A DNA stretch of 64,000 nucleotides from an uncultured Gammaproteobacteria bacterium (lineage in GTDB: Bacteria > Pseudomonadota > Gammaproteobacteria > JAURND01): NCBI GenBank assembly GCA_963797335.1, contig CAWCOU010000006.1, positions 250,613-314,612 on the forward strand, given 5' to 3'. Each line of letters starts with the position of its first letter. Positions within the stretch are counted from its first letter, which is position 1. The position numbers and the translations under genes were made by a program. Shown here piece after piece: positions 39,651 to 48,710 of the stretch. The notes beneath the pieces are model-generated. The model made no database searches and was not told the origin of the DNA. It saw only the letters and a program-made list of their open reading frames with translations.

Positions 39651-41591
39651 TGTAGATTCGTCTGCTTCAGGCAGGGACGTAGAACTAATGGACCGTAGTT
39701 TCAGTTCGGCTGCCCTATGCCCTCCAGCGCTCGCTTGCTTGTAATATAATAATGCTTTTTCTCTTTCCTCTTCAGAACTTAAACCAACATCGTAACAAAG
39801 TCCTGCGTAATAGGCTGCGTCAGCATCCCCCTCTTCTGCCGCTTTAATAAACCACTTCAAGGCAAGTTCCGAATCTTGCCCAAAACCCTTTTCCCCATTC
39901 AGAAACCCTTTCCCTACCGCAAGCATAGCACGGACACTGCCTTTGGCCGCCTGATCCAAAAGGACCGTCGGAGATTCTATTTTAAAGAGTGGATTAGGGA
40001 AGTTTAGCAAACTGGATTTCGATGCTGTTGTTGGCTTTTCATCATCGGGTATTTTCTTTTGCGCACGTTTACGCAAGTTAGAAGCCTCTCGCAAATCTTT
40101 AGCAACCCCAAGACCTTGGCGGTAACACTTACTTAGAGTGGTCAGGAGGTTAACGTCAGAGTTTCCAGCTTTAGCTAGACTTATTAATTGACTAACTGCC
40201 TTTACATCCCCTTGGTTAGCTGCCAAGATAAAATATTCAATGGCTTTTTTGGAAGTTTCTGGACTGGTATTATACCAACAACCTAACTCATATTGAGCAG
40301 GCGCGTGTCTTTGCTTTGCTGCTAAAGAGATATATTTCCAGGCTTGATTTACATCGGGTTCTCCCCCTATTCCCTCTTTATAACACATGCCCAACCTATA
40401 TTGAGCAGGAGCATATTCTTCATCCGCTGCTAAAGAATAAAGTCTAAATGCTTCTGATTTGTCTGGATCCCCTACTCCAATGCCATTTTCATACCAAATA
40501 CCCAATTGGGTTTGTGCAGCAGGATATCCCAGTTCTGCAGCCAAATTATAATTTTTACAAGCTTCTTTAAAATCTTTTTTTCTACCATTGCTGCCATTGG
40601 CAAAATCGTTGCCAAGAGAAAAATATTTTTCTGCTTCATCCAGATTTACAGATTTTGGTGAAGCTCGATCACTCAGTGATATTTCCTTTTGGTGACGGCC
40701 TGTAATTAGAAAGGGTGGTTTTGATTTTGAGTCAGGACTCCAAAAGGAACTTGACGGAAAGAACTCTTCTTGAGATCCACCAGCTGCTGGCGAGAATTCT
40801 TTTGGAGATTTGTCGGCTGGACTTTTTTTATTTTCTGTGCTCTTCTTTGGCTGCCTTAAATCATCCAATTGAGAAGACTGAGACCGCGGATCTGAAAGCT
40901 CCACTCCTTTCCCATTCTCCGGGGTTGATTGGTTATTGTGAAAAGCAAAAATAGAACTCTTAATTAATTCTTTCTTAGCTTTTGCCTCCTGTTCTTTAAT
41001 ATATTCTTCCAGATTTATGTTTAATATGCCGAATCTATAAGCTAAAAAAGCATCTTTTTTTAGTTTATCAGAGTTTCCCTTACGTGTTTCTGTTCTTACT
41101 TTAACGATGTCCGATTTTGCAAATTCGATAAACCGAGCAGTTTTATACTTTTCCCTGAAATCCTTTGAATTAATACCCTCTTTGAGAAGTGCTTCCTCTT
41201 CTCTCGCAAATAAATCTATATTTTCCGTTTTAGGATGAAATAATAAGGATGTATATGGAACATAACACTTATCAACTAACTCAAGAGCAAGTTTATGCTC
41301 ATTATTAAAATTTTCTAAGGCGGTTGATAGCTTAGGGTCTGGATTTTTCGATTGAGTCAAGCTCATCTCTTGCTCAAGAAATTTTTGAATCAGAATAATT
41401 TCGTGCAAAGGGGTTAATTGGCTAGCTTCCCTGCCTTTTCGAATATTTTCTAAATTTTTTATTAGTTTTGGTTTCTCAGAAGAAAACCGAGATTGACCGT
41501 ACCCTTTTAAATTACTTAATACAATTTCAACTGCTGTAAATTTTTCACCAACTGGCTTTGTTTTTCCAGTACTTTTTACATCAAGTGCCAT
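39633..41591 (-). CDS. Sel1-like repeat protein with unknown N-terminal domain (paralogue B)
   Basis: AAELGYPAAQTQLGIWYENGIG, AADEEYAPAQYRLG, AAEEGDADAAYYAG; homologous to 35791-37776. Confidence 0.88.
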   Translation of the reverse strand: MALDVKSTGKTKPVGEKFTAVEIVLSNLKGYGQSRFSSEKPKLIKNLENIRKGREASQLTPLHEIILIQKFLEQEMSLTQSKNPDPKLSTALENFNNEHKLALELVDKCYVPYTSLLFHPKTENIDLFAREEEALLKEGINSKDFREKYKTARFIEFAKSDIVKVRTETRKGNSDKLKKDAFLAYRFGILNINLEEYIKEQEAKAKKELIKSSIFAFHNNQSTPENGKGVELSDPRSQSSQLDDLRQPKKSTENKKSPADKSPKEFSPAAGGSQEEFFPSSSFWSPDSKSKPPFLITGRHQKEISLSDRASPKSVNLDEAEKYFSLGNDFANGSNGRKKDFKEACKNYNLAAELGYPAAQTQLGIWYENGIGVGDPDKSEAFRLYSLAADEEYAPAQYRLGMCYKEGIGGEPDVNQAWKYISLAAKQRHAPAQYELGCWYNTSPETSKKAIEYFILAANQGDVKAVSQLISLAKAGNSDVNLLTTLSKCYRQGLGVAKDLREASNLRKRAQKKIPDDEKPTTASKSSLLNFPNPLFKIESPTVLLDQAAKGSVRAMLAVGKGFLNGEKGFGQDSELALKWFIKAAEEGDADAAYYAGLCYDVGLSSEEEREKALLYYKQASAGGHRAAELKLRSISSTSLPEADESTAEYGF

Positions 41592-41643
41592 ACCAACCCC
41601 ATGCTTTAAGGAAATGTTAATGAAACTACCGATTAATTAAAAT

Positions 41644-41672
41644 ATAATATGCTTTTTTAAATGGAAAGTAAA
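41644..41672 (-). promoter_or_regulatory. Sigma70-like promoter of Sel1 paralogue B
   Basis: TTTACT-N17-TATTAT; followed before the RBS by TTAAcaTTtcCTTAA (41606-41620, minus strand). Confidence 0.6.
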
Positions 41673-41798
41673 TCATATGATTGCTGACCATACCACCTCT
41701 TTTAGAGAAAAGGACGGGAAATTTTATGGATATTTTTCTTAATTAAATTCACAAAATACTGAAAAATAAGAAATTGATTTTTAACCGATAAGTACTGT

Positions 41799-42611
41799 TT
41801 ATAAGAGGAACCGGAACCTATTATCTATTTCTTGATCAAAAGAATCCTCGGTGCTTCTTTCTATCCTCTGTTTAGTTAATATAGACTTAGTCCGTGGCAA
41901 ATTTTTGCCAATAAAGTAATTAAAACCAGCCTCGCCTAATAGACCACCCGCAAAACCCCTGGCAGCCCATTTGAGGGAGCCACCTTGCTTGTCCATCGTT
42001 TTTTCAATCTCATGGTAGCTTTGGCCATTTTTGCTTTCTTTAAATTTTTGCGCAATTAACAGTTTTTTCTCAAGATCAGGTAATTGTTTACTCGCCTGAT
42101 AGGCTTGAGTGGCTGCTCTAGCTACTATAGCAGCAGCTGCTATAAAGGCCAAAAGAAGAGCAACCCATAATAGAATACTGGCGGTAGAAGTGGCGCCTAG
42201 ATGACTTACAAAATCAGGGCCCACTTGCTGGGAGAATGCTTGAAGGAGAAAATTATCACTGGCCATTGAAGCGATTGACAATCCTGCATATATTAAACCT
42301 CCGAGTAAACCCGCTGTCACTGCGGCTTTCGCCGGTAATACTTTTAATTTCTGCAGTTCGGATGGAAATCTTGGGTCATAGTCAGTATCGCGATAAATAG
42401 CCGTAAGCCATGGTAAGCCAGTATCCAATAGAAATTCGCCAAAATTCGCTATGGCACTGGGTTCTTCTCGATGTAGTGTTTGTTTTGCGCGGAGCTGCTG
42501 AGTTATACGCTTTTTCAATTCGCTCTCATCACTGCTTAGATCAGGTGGATTGTTCTTTTGCAACGATGGTGCCGAACGATCAGAAGTTTTTTCATTATTT
42601 TTAATTAACAT
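41799..42611 (-). CDS. Hypothetical membrane protein with two hydrophobic segments (paralogue B), candidate effector
   Basis: 270 aa, GGAG RBS, homologous to 38612-39424, acidic C-terminal patch EDSFDQEID. Confidence 0.8.
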   Translation of the reverse strand: MLIKNNEKTSDRSAPSLQKNNPPDLSSDESELKKRITQQLRAKQTLHREEPSAIANFGEFLLDTGLPWLTAIYRDTDYDPRFPSELQKLKVLPAKAAVTAGLLGGLIYAGLSIASMASDNFLLQAFSQQVGPDFVSHLGATSTASILLWVALLLAFIAAAAIVARAATQAYQASKQLPDLEKKLLIAQKFKESKNGQSYHEIEKTMDKQGGSLKWAARGFAGGLLGEAGFNYFIGKNLPRTKSILTKQRIERSTEDSFDQEIDNRFRFLL

Positions 42612-42732
42612 GTGGGCTCTCCGATTAAATGGACCGGTAGTTCTGTTTTTCTGGCGACATCATAAACTAATTTTAATTGGAATAAACCCCGGGATTTTAC
42701 TATGGATAGGACTTTTAACAATTATTTATTGG

Positions 42733-42865
42733 GTGCCACGTTCAGGAGATCCTTCGCTGCGCTCTGGATGACGTGGAGAGTGCGCTCTGGATGACGCGGA
42801 GCGCAATCGGGATGACGTAGAGCGCAATCGGGATGACGTAGAGCGCAGTCGGGGTGACGCGGGCA
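42733..42865. repeat. Family A half-element followed by ~21-23-bp tandem end repeats
   Basis: GGAGATCCTTCGCTGCGCTCTGGATGACG followed by four further GCGC...GG(A/G)TGACG units. Confidence 0.8.
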
Positions 42866-43335
42866 GTCGGAGGGCGGGGGTGCGGTTGGGGTGGCGTGGG
42901 GTGCTTTTAGCATTTCATGTTATTTAATATATACTATATATTCTTCTGGTTCTTTAAGCTCCTATTATTTTATAATAATTTAGGAAAAAACAATGACAGA
43001 TGATAAGAAAAAAATCCTGAAACTCCTACCGTGGTGATAGATAAAGATTTGTATAAGGCGCTGATAGGGGGTAAACCGGAATTACCTCAAAAGGCACCAG
43101 ATAAAGCCCCCACTGAGAGAAGAGCGGCAATGCCTTCCTAATCATTTGACAAAATCTATTTTTTATAATATACCGCTCGTACTTGAAGAAGCGATCATTT
43201 TTTGGTAGCGAGCGGTATATTTCTGTATGCCTTTGCTGTCACCAGCAAAACGGCTCAAATCGCACTTAAGCGTTTTTTCAAAACCACGGCGTTATGGTGA
43301 CAGAAAAATTTAAAATTACTTGACAAGGAAAAACC

Positions 43336-44370
43336 ATGGAATACCGATCTTTAGGCCGCTCCGGTTTAAAAGTGCCTGTGTTAAGTTTTGGCACTGGCAC
43401 ATTTGGTGGTACCACTGATTTATTTAAAAAGTGGGGAACGACGGATGTAAAGGAAGCCACTCGATTGGTGGATATCTGCCTGGAGGCCGGCGTTAATCTG
43501 TTTGACACCGCCAATGTGTACTCACTCGGCGCCTCCGAAACCATACTCGGCAAAGCGCTGCACGGCCGCCGCGATAAAGCGCTGATTTCCACTAAAGCCA
43601 CTTTCCCTATGGGTCCTGGTCCCAATGAAGTAGGTTCTTCTCGCTACCATTTAATTCGCGAATGTGAAGCCAGCCTCAAACGGCTGAACACGGATCATAT
43701 CGATATTTATTTTATGCACGGCTTCGATGCGTTGACGCCAGTGGAAGAAACGCTGAGCACTTTAGACCATCTCATTCAAAGCGGTAAAATACGCTACATT
43801 GGCTGTTCGAATTTTTCTGGCTGGCAGGTCATGAAATCTTTAGCTGTTTCAGAAAAATACGGATTAGGACGTTATGTTGTTTACCAAGGTTATTACTCCT
43901 TAATCGGTCGTGATTACGAATGGGAATTAATGCCGCTGGGTTTAGATCAGGGTGTAGGACTCATGGTATGGAGCCCACTAGGTTGGGGACGATTAACCGG
44001 CAAAATACGCCGCGGCGCACCCCTCCCTGAAGGACGCATCAAATTCGGTAGCGCTGAAGACGGCCCACCCGTCTCTGATGATTACCTTTTTCACGTGGTG
44101 GATGCATTATCAGTGATAGCCGAAGAAACGCATAAAACCGTGGCGCAAGTAGCGCTTAATTGGCTGTTGCACCGTCCGACTGTCTGCAATCTAGTTATTG
44201 GCGCCCGCAACGAAGAACAGCTCCGCCAAAATTTAGGCGCGCTTGGCTGGCAGCTGACACCTGAACAAATTGCCATTCTGGATAAGGCTAGCAGGTGTAC
44301 CCCGGTTTATCCTTACTGGCATCAAGCTGGGTTTGATGATATTAATCCTAAACCCGTACCTTGGGTTTGA
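43336..44370 (+). CDS. Aldo/keto reductase
   Basis: LGRSGLKV, FDTANVYS, STK, SLKRLNTDHIDIY, GKIRYIGCSN, WSPL, AQVALNW. Confidence 0.95.
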   Translation: MEYRSLGRSGLKVPVLSFGTGTFGGTTDLFKKWGTTDVKEATRLVDICLEAGVNLFDTANVYSLGASETILGKALHGRRDKALISTKATFPMGPGPNEVGSSRYHLIRECEASLKRLNTDHIDIYFMHGFDALTPVEETLSTLDHLIQSGKIRYIGCSNFSGWQVMKSLAVSEKYGLGRYVVYQGYYSLIGRDYEWELMPLGLDQGVGLMVWSPLGWGRLTGKIRRGAPLPEGRIKFGSAEDGPPVSDDYLFHVVDALSVIAEETHKTVAQVALNWLLHRPTVCNLVIGARNEEQLRQNLGALGWQLTPEQIAILDKASRCTPVYPYWHQAGFDDINPKPVPWV

Positions 44371-44412
44371 AACCTACGGTTTTTTTCCTCCAATACGTTG
44401 GTTTTCTTAGCT

Positions 44413-45123
44413 ATGGATGAACCACCTAAAAAAATAAAACTCAAGTCCGAACCCCATCTGATAATGCGCACGGGTTGGTTGCGAGCAAGCGTTCTGGGAG
44501 CCAATGATGGTATTCTTTCAACCGCTAGTCTTTTAGGCGGCATGGCCGCTGGCAACGCACCCCACGCGGCTATCATACTGGCCGGGATAGCCTGTTTAGT
44601 GGCTGGCGCAACTTCCATGGCGACTGGGGAATATGTATCGGTAACTTCTCAATCTGACATTGAAACAGCGGATTTAGCGCGCGAAAAACGTGAGCTAACT
44701 CAAGACCCTGAATTTGAGCACGAAGAGCTGACACAGATTTACATTTCTAGAGGTTTGGATGCATCACTAGCCCGACAAGTCGCCTTTCAACTGATGAAGC
44801 ACGATGCGCTCGACGCGCATGCAAAAGACGAGCTGGGCATCTCTAAAACCACCAGTCCCAAACCCGTTCAAGCCGCATGGAGCTCGGCCGCTAGCTTTAC
44901 CGCTGGCTCCGCCCTCCCCTTATTGATTGCGATTATTTCTCCTCCGACCAGTCTTTTGTGGATAGTGATTGTCACCGCGCTGGTCTCCTTAACCTTATTA
45001 GGTATCATCGGGGCAAAGTTAAGCGGAGTCGGCATTTTAAAACCGGTGTTGAGAGTGGTACTGTGGGGAGGATTGTCACTGGGCTTGACAACACTGGCGG
45101 GTATTTTATTTAATGTCCATTAA
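44413..45123 (+). CDS. VIT1/CCC1 family Fe/Mn transporter
   Basis: WLRASVLGANDGILS, AGATSMATGEYVSV, AHAKDELG; start 44398 or 44413. Confidence 0.92.
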   Translation: MDEPPKKIKLKSEPHLIMRTGWLRASVLGANDGILSTASLLGGMAAGNAPHAAIILAGIACLVAGATSMATGEYVSVTSQSDIETADLAREKRELTQDPEFEHEELTQIYISRGLDASLARQVAFQLMKHDALDAHAKDELGISKTTSPKPVQAAWSSAASFTAGSALPLLIAIISPPTSLLWIVIVTALVSLTLLGIIGAKLSGVGILKPVLRVVLWGGLSLGLTTLAGILFNVH

Positions 45124-45155
45124 AAACTTACCATGGCTAAGCCAAGGAAAAATCC

Positions 45156-45653
45156 ATGAATCTATTCCCCAGAATTTGCATTTCTCTCGCCATTCTTTTA
45201 GTTATATTTGTTGAGACTTCATCCATTAGCGCCCAACCATTAGAACCTGTGCCACTGTACGGCGCTTATCATATGTACCTTGATCGTTCGAAACAAACCT
45301 TCAATGGCCATACGGTTGCTACTGATCGTCCCCTAACTCAAACAGAGAATTTTACTACTTACTGTGATAGCTCTGGCTGTGTAGCTCGCTCTCCCAACAA
45401 ACGTCCACCTCCTGCTTTTTTTGATTATCATTGGGTGAGTGGACATTGGGAATCCGTGCCCGGACAACAACACCAATTCTTGATTTGTAATGATGGCAGT
45501 AAAGTCAATTCCGTTAAGTTTGATGTCATCAAACCAAACGGTCAAGGAAGCTTTCTTGGTGAGCGAACTATTCTAGTGGATGGCGCAGGATGCCCCGGTG
45601 AAGGCCCTGGCAAGTATTGGTTGCCTTTCACATTAACTGCAATAATTAAATAA
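45156..45653 (+). CDS. Hypothetical exported Cys-containing protein
   Basis: AAGGA RBS, signal peptide, FTTYCDSSGCVA, WE...C, GAGCPG. Confidence 0.7.
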   Translation: MNLFPRICISLAILLVIFVETSSISAQPLEPVPLYGAYHMYLDRSKQTFNGHTVATDRPLTQTENFTTYCDSSGCVARSPNKRPPPAFFDYHWVSGHWESVPGQQHQFLICNDGSKVNSVKFDVIKPNGQGSFLGERTILVDGAGCPGEGPGKYWLPFTLTAIIK

Positions 45654-45736
45654 AACAGCCAACCTGACGTTGCGACAAGCTTAATTTTTTGAGCTTTAGC
45701 AACGCCTATCCACGTAATATTCTAAGGAAAAAAAAT

Positions 45737-46066
45737 ATGACTCAGCGACGGCAAAACGAAAGAAGAGTGGAAAGAAGAGCAGAAGGCCCATCGTCCTTTA
45801 TAATCGGTTTCATAATTGGTGCCACAATGGGATACCACATGACGAGAAGCTCGCTTGAATCAGGATTAGTGCCTGCTCTTCCTATACTTGCGACCAGTTT
45901 AGCTGCCCCTGGGGTTATGATGATTGGCCCACAGAATGTTCCACCTATGATTATAGCGTTTTTAGCCGGGTTTGGTGCGGGCACGGTGTATGCTGGATTT
46001 ACAATGACCCCACACCCTTTTTTACCAGCTCAAAAAGATGTTTATGATAGGGCTCCCAGACCTTAG
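45737..46066 (+). CDS. Hypothetical small Gly-rich membrane protein
   Basis: AAGGA RBS before ATG 45737; glycine-zipper-like helices GFIIGATMG and AFLAGFGAG. Confidence 0.6.
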   Translation: MTQRRQNERRVERRAEGPSSFIIGFIIGATMGYHMTRSSLESGLVPALPILATSLAAPGVMMIGPQNVPPMIIAFLAGFGAGTVYAGFTMTPHPFLPAQKDVYDRAPRP

Positions 46067-46194
46067 CTAGCATTTAAAGTACCAAAAGTTTTTCATTGAA
46101 ATATTTAAGGAAATTTTTCACGAATACTGTTGCAGTTGTTAGCCCACTTGTTGGCAATCTATTCCAGTTTTTTCTTACAAAATCGAGAATATAA

Positions 46195-46665
46195 ATGACT
46201 AAAAAGATAGGGCTTCTCATCCTCTGGATTGCTGTGTTTCAGCTCGTGGGCTTTGGTATTGGTTTACTGACGCATGCCGACACCTCAACTTGGTATCAAT
46301 CATTGCAAAAATCCATTATTAACCCACCTCAAATTGTCTTTCCTATTGTCTGGACTTGTTTATACTTGATGCTAGCCATAACTGGTTGGTACTTATGGAG
46401 CCACCGAGACAGGCCAAAAGGAAAAATAATTTTTAATTTATATCTTCTTCAAATAATCATGAATTGGGCTTGGACACCCTTATTCTTCCATTTGCACCTT
46501 ATTCAACTCGGTTTTTTTTGGATAGTCACGATGATTCTCCTCACTATGCTTCTTATTCTCCTGACAAAAAAACAATTCACATTGGTTTGTTTCTTGTTAA
46601 TTCCTTATTTTCTGTGGCTTATCTTTGCTGGATATCTAAACTGGGCGATTTGGATGAAAAATTGA
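46195..46665 (+). CDS. tspO: TspO/MBR tryptophan-rich sensory protein
   Basis: WYQSLQK, PPQIVFPIVWTCLY, NWAWTPLFF, PYFLWLIFAGYLN. Confidence 0.92.
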   Translation: MTKKIGLLILWIAVFQLVGFGIGLLTHADTSTWYQSLQKSIINPPQIVFPIVWTCLYLMLAITGWYLWSHRDRPKGKIIFNLYLLQIIMNWAWTPLFFHLHLIQLGFFWIVTMILLTMLLILLTKKQFTLVCFLLIPYFLWLIFAGYLNWAIWMKN

Positions 46666-47026
46666 TAAGCATAGTCAAGTTCCCACCACATACCTGGCAG
46701 AAGATGAATTTAGATCGCTCAGCGCTAGCCATTGCAAATTGCTAGGATTAACCAATGTTAAAATTTTAGAAATTGATAAACAATTTTCACACGTCTCATC
46801 AACAGCAATACGGCAAGCTGTAAATGATGGAAAACCAATAAAAAATGTGGAGACTAAAGTTGCCAGTTTCATCCAAAAGCGTGGTTTTTTTAAAGGAGGA
46901 TATAAAGCCGCTGACTATCAAGCTCAAGAAGCCGCTTTGGTTTTACAACGAACCTGGCGAAAAAAACAAGAAAAGCAACGAAAAAAAGATCAACCATCAA
47001 ACCAACCTAGAGGCATGTCAACCTAA
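46658..47026 (+). pseudogene. 5'-truncated nucleotidyltransferase (NadD-like C-terminus) with IQ-like motif
   Basis: Frame stays open back to the tspO end with no ATG; contains HVSSTAIRQAVNDGK...VASFIQKRGFF followed by EAALVLQRTWRKKQEK. Confidence 0.55.
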
Positions 47027-47073
47027 ATGCGCAAATTGGAATTTTTCTTTTAGAAATCTGGAGGATTCAACCT

Positions 47074-47547
47074 ATGAATTTTGATTACTTAGTCAACTGT
47101 CAAGAGCATATTCCTGTCATCGCTGAGTGGTTTTATAGACAATGGGCTCACACCAACCCAGGACGCACCAAAGATCAGGTAGTGGAAATGATTGATAAGC
47201 ATCTCAACCTAGATGGGTTACCACTGAGTTTCGTCGGATTGGAAAAAGGAGCGCTGGTTGGCACTGTGCTGCTCAGAGAGTTCGAGCTCAAAGGATACGA
47301 ACAATATTCACCATGGCTATCCAGTATATACGTTGCGCCAGACTATCGGAACCAGGGCTATGGTCAGCAGTTGGTGAGTCATTGCATATTGGCCGCAAAA
47401 AATAAAAAATTTGACGAAATCTTTCTGTATGCCGAAAAAGACCTGGAGCAATGGTATGCAAAGATGGGCTGGACAACTATTGACCGCACTATACATGTAG
47501 GAGTGCCCATATCTATCATGAGCCAACAGCTAGGAAATGTATGCTGA
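47074..47547 (+). CDS. GNAT N-acetyltransferase
   Basis: SPWLSSIYVAPDYRNQGYGQQLV motif A, WYAKMGW; GGAGG RBS. Confidence 0.9.
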   Translation: MNFDYLVNCQEHIPVIAEWFYRQWAHTNPGRTKDQVVEMIDKHLNLDGLPLSFVGLEKGALVGTVLLREFELKGYEQYSPWLSSIYVAPDYRNQGYGQQLVSHCILAAKNKKFDEIFLYAEKDLEQWYAKMGWTTIDRTIHVGVPISIMSQQLGNVC

Positions 47548-47687
47548 AAGTTGCCCCCAGCATTTTATGCCTAATTATTAATATTTGCTATTTGGAGAGT
47601 GTCAAAGTTGGAACGGCAAAGAACTATATTAATAAACCGTTAACTCAAATATTTTCATTATAGGCAATTGATCCTATTGATAATTTT

Positions 47688-47752
47688 GTTAATATGTCGA
47701 AAAAATCAAAAAAAATCGACATATTAACGAAACATGTCGATTCAATCGACAT
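47688..47752. promoter_or_regulatory. Two inverted repeats built from ATGTCGA upstream of the AbiE operon
   Basis: GTTAATATGTCGA-N15-TCGACATATTAAC and ATGTCGATT-C-AATCGACAT. Confidence 0.55.
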
Positions 47753-47924
47753 ATAGGGTGTGACACCCATAAAATGTCTTTATTTTCATTAGGTTAAGTA
47801 GTTAATCCCTTTTGATATCCAATTGCCTAATGACACACAGTTTGTTACCGAGCATGTGTTAAAGCTTGTGTAAAATATCGAAAAACGGTATATTATAAAA
47901 GTATTAACACAGGCTGGTGCTATT

Positions 47925-48710
47925 ATGAAACTACCCGAATTTATCCATACCTTACAGACTCAAGGGCGTCATTCATTTGCAGTTTCAGAAGCTGAACAGG
48001 CCTTGGGGCTTCAAAAAGTAGCAACTTTAAATGCTATCCACCGCATGGCTTTGCAAGGTCTTCTAGTAAGCCCTGCCCGCGGGTTTTATCTGATAGTGCC
48101 ACCTGAGTACCAAGTCTATGGCTGTCTCCCGGCGGATATGTTCGTTGCTGATCTCATGGCTTACTTCAGACAACCCTACTATGTTGGGTATCTAAGCGCT
48201 GCACAATATTATGGGGCAGCACATCAAAAACCTCAGCGGTTTCAGGTGGTGACCGTTAAAAATCGACAGCCAATAAAGTGTGGGCGTATTTATATTGAGT
48301 TCATTGCTAACAAAAAAGTGGCGGAGATGCCGACAAAGACTATAAATACCCCGACTGGAACCCTCAAGATAGCTACTCCAGAAGTTCTGGCAGCTGATCT
48401 GGTGTCTTCTCCCCATCATGCGGCCGGAATAAATAATGCGACTACGGTATTGACAGAGTTGATGGAAAGCATCGATGATAAACGACTTTTGGATTTATCT
48501 AAAATTAACACCGAACTTTTTTGGGTACAGCGGTTAGGGTATTTATCAGAATTTTTAGGACTTAACAAGTTGACACCCATGCTGGAAAAAATTTTACATC
48601 CGCATAAACTGCATTGGGTGCGTTTAGTTTCGCGTTCTGGCTATAAAGCCTTATCACGTAATAATAAATGGAAAATTATAGTAAATACCGACATCGAGAC
48701 TGACTTATGA
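47925..48710 (+). CDS. Type IV TA antitoxin, AbiEi family
   Basis: PARGFYLIVPPEY, YYVGYLSAAQYYGAAHQKPQRFQVV, IATPE, QRLGYL; ATGA overlap with toxin. Confidence 0.88.
   Translation: MKLPEFIHTLQTQGRHSFAVSEAEQALGLQKVATLNAIHRMALQGLLVSPARGFYLIVPPEYQVYGCLPADMFVADLMAYFRQPYYVGYLSAAQYYGAAHQKPQRFQVVTVKNRQPIKCGRIYIEFIANKKVAEMPTKTINTPTGTLKIATPEVLAADLVSSPHHAAGINNATTVLTELMESIDDKRLLDLSKINTELFWVQRLGYLSEFLGLNKLTPMLEKILHPHKLHWVRLVSRSGYKALSRNNKWKIIVNTDIETDL

Noticed and set aside
42760-42865. Short regularly spaced repeats resembling a CRISPR array
   Set aside because: Units are contiguous 21-23-bp tandem copies of a REP end with no unique spacers, and no cas genes are present
43146-43169. Perfect TTGACA and TATAAT hexamers upstream of the aldo/keto reductase
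   Set aside because: Spacer is only 12 bp, incompatible with a sigma70 promoter
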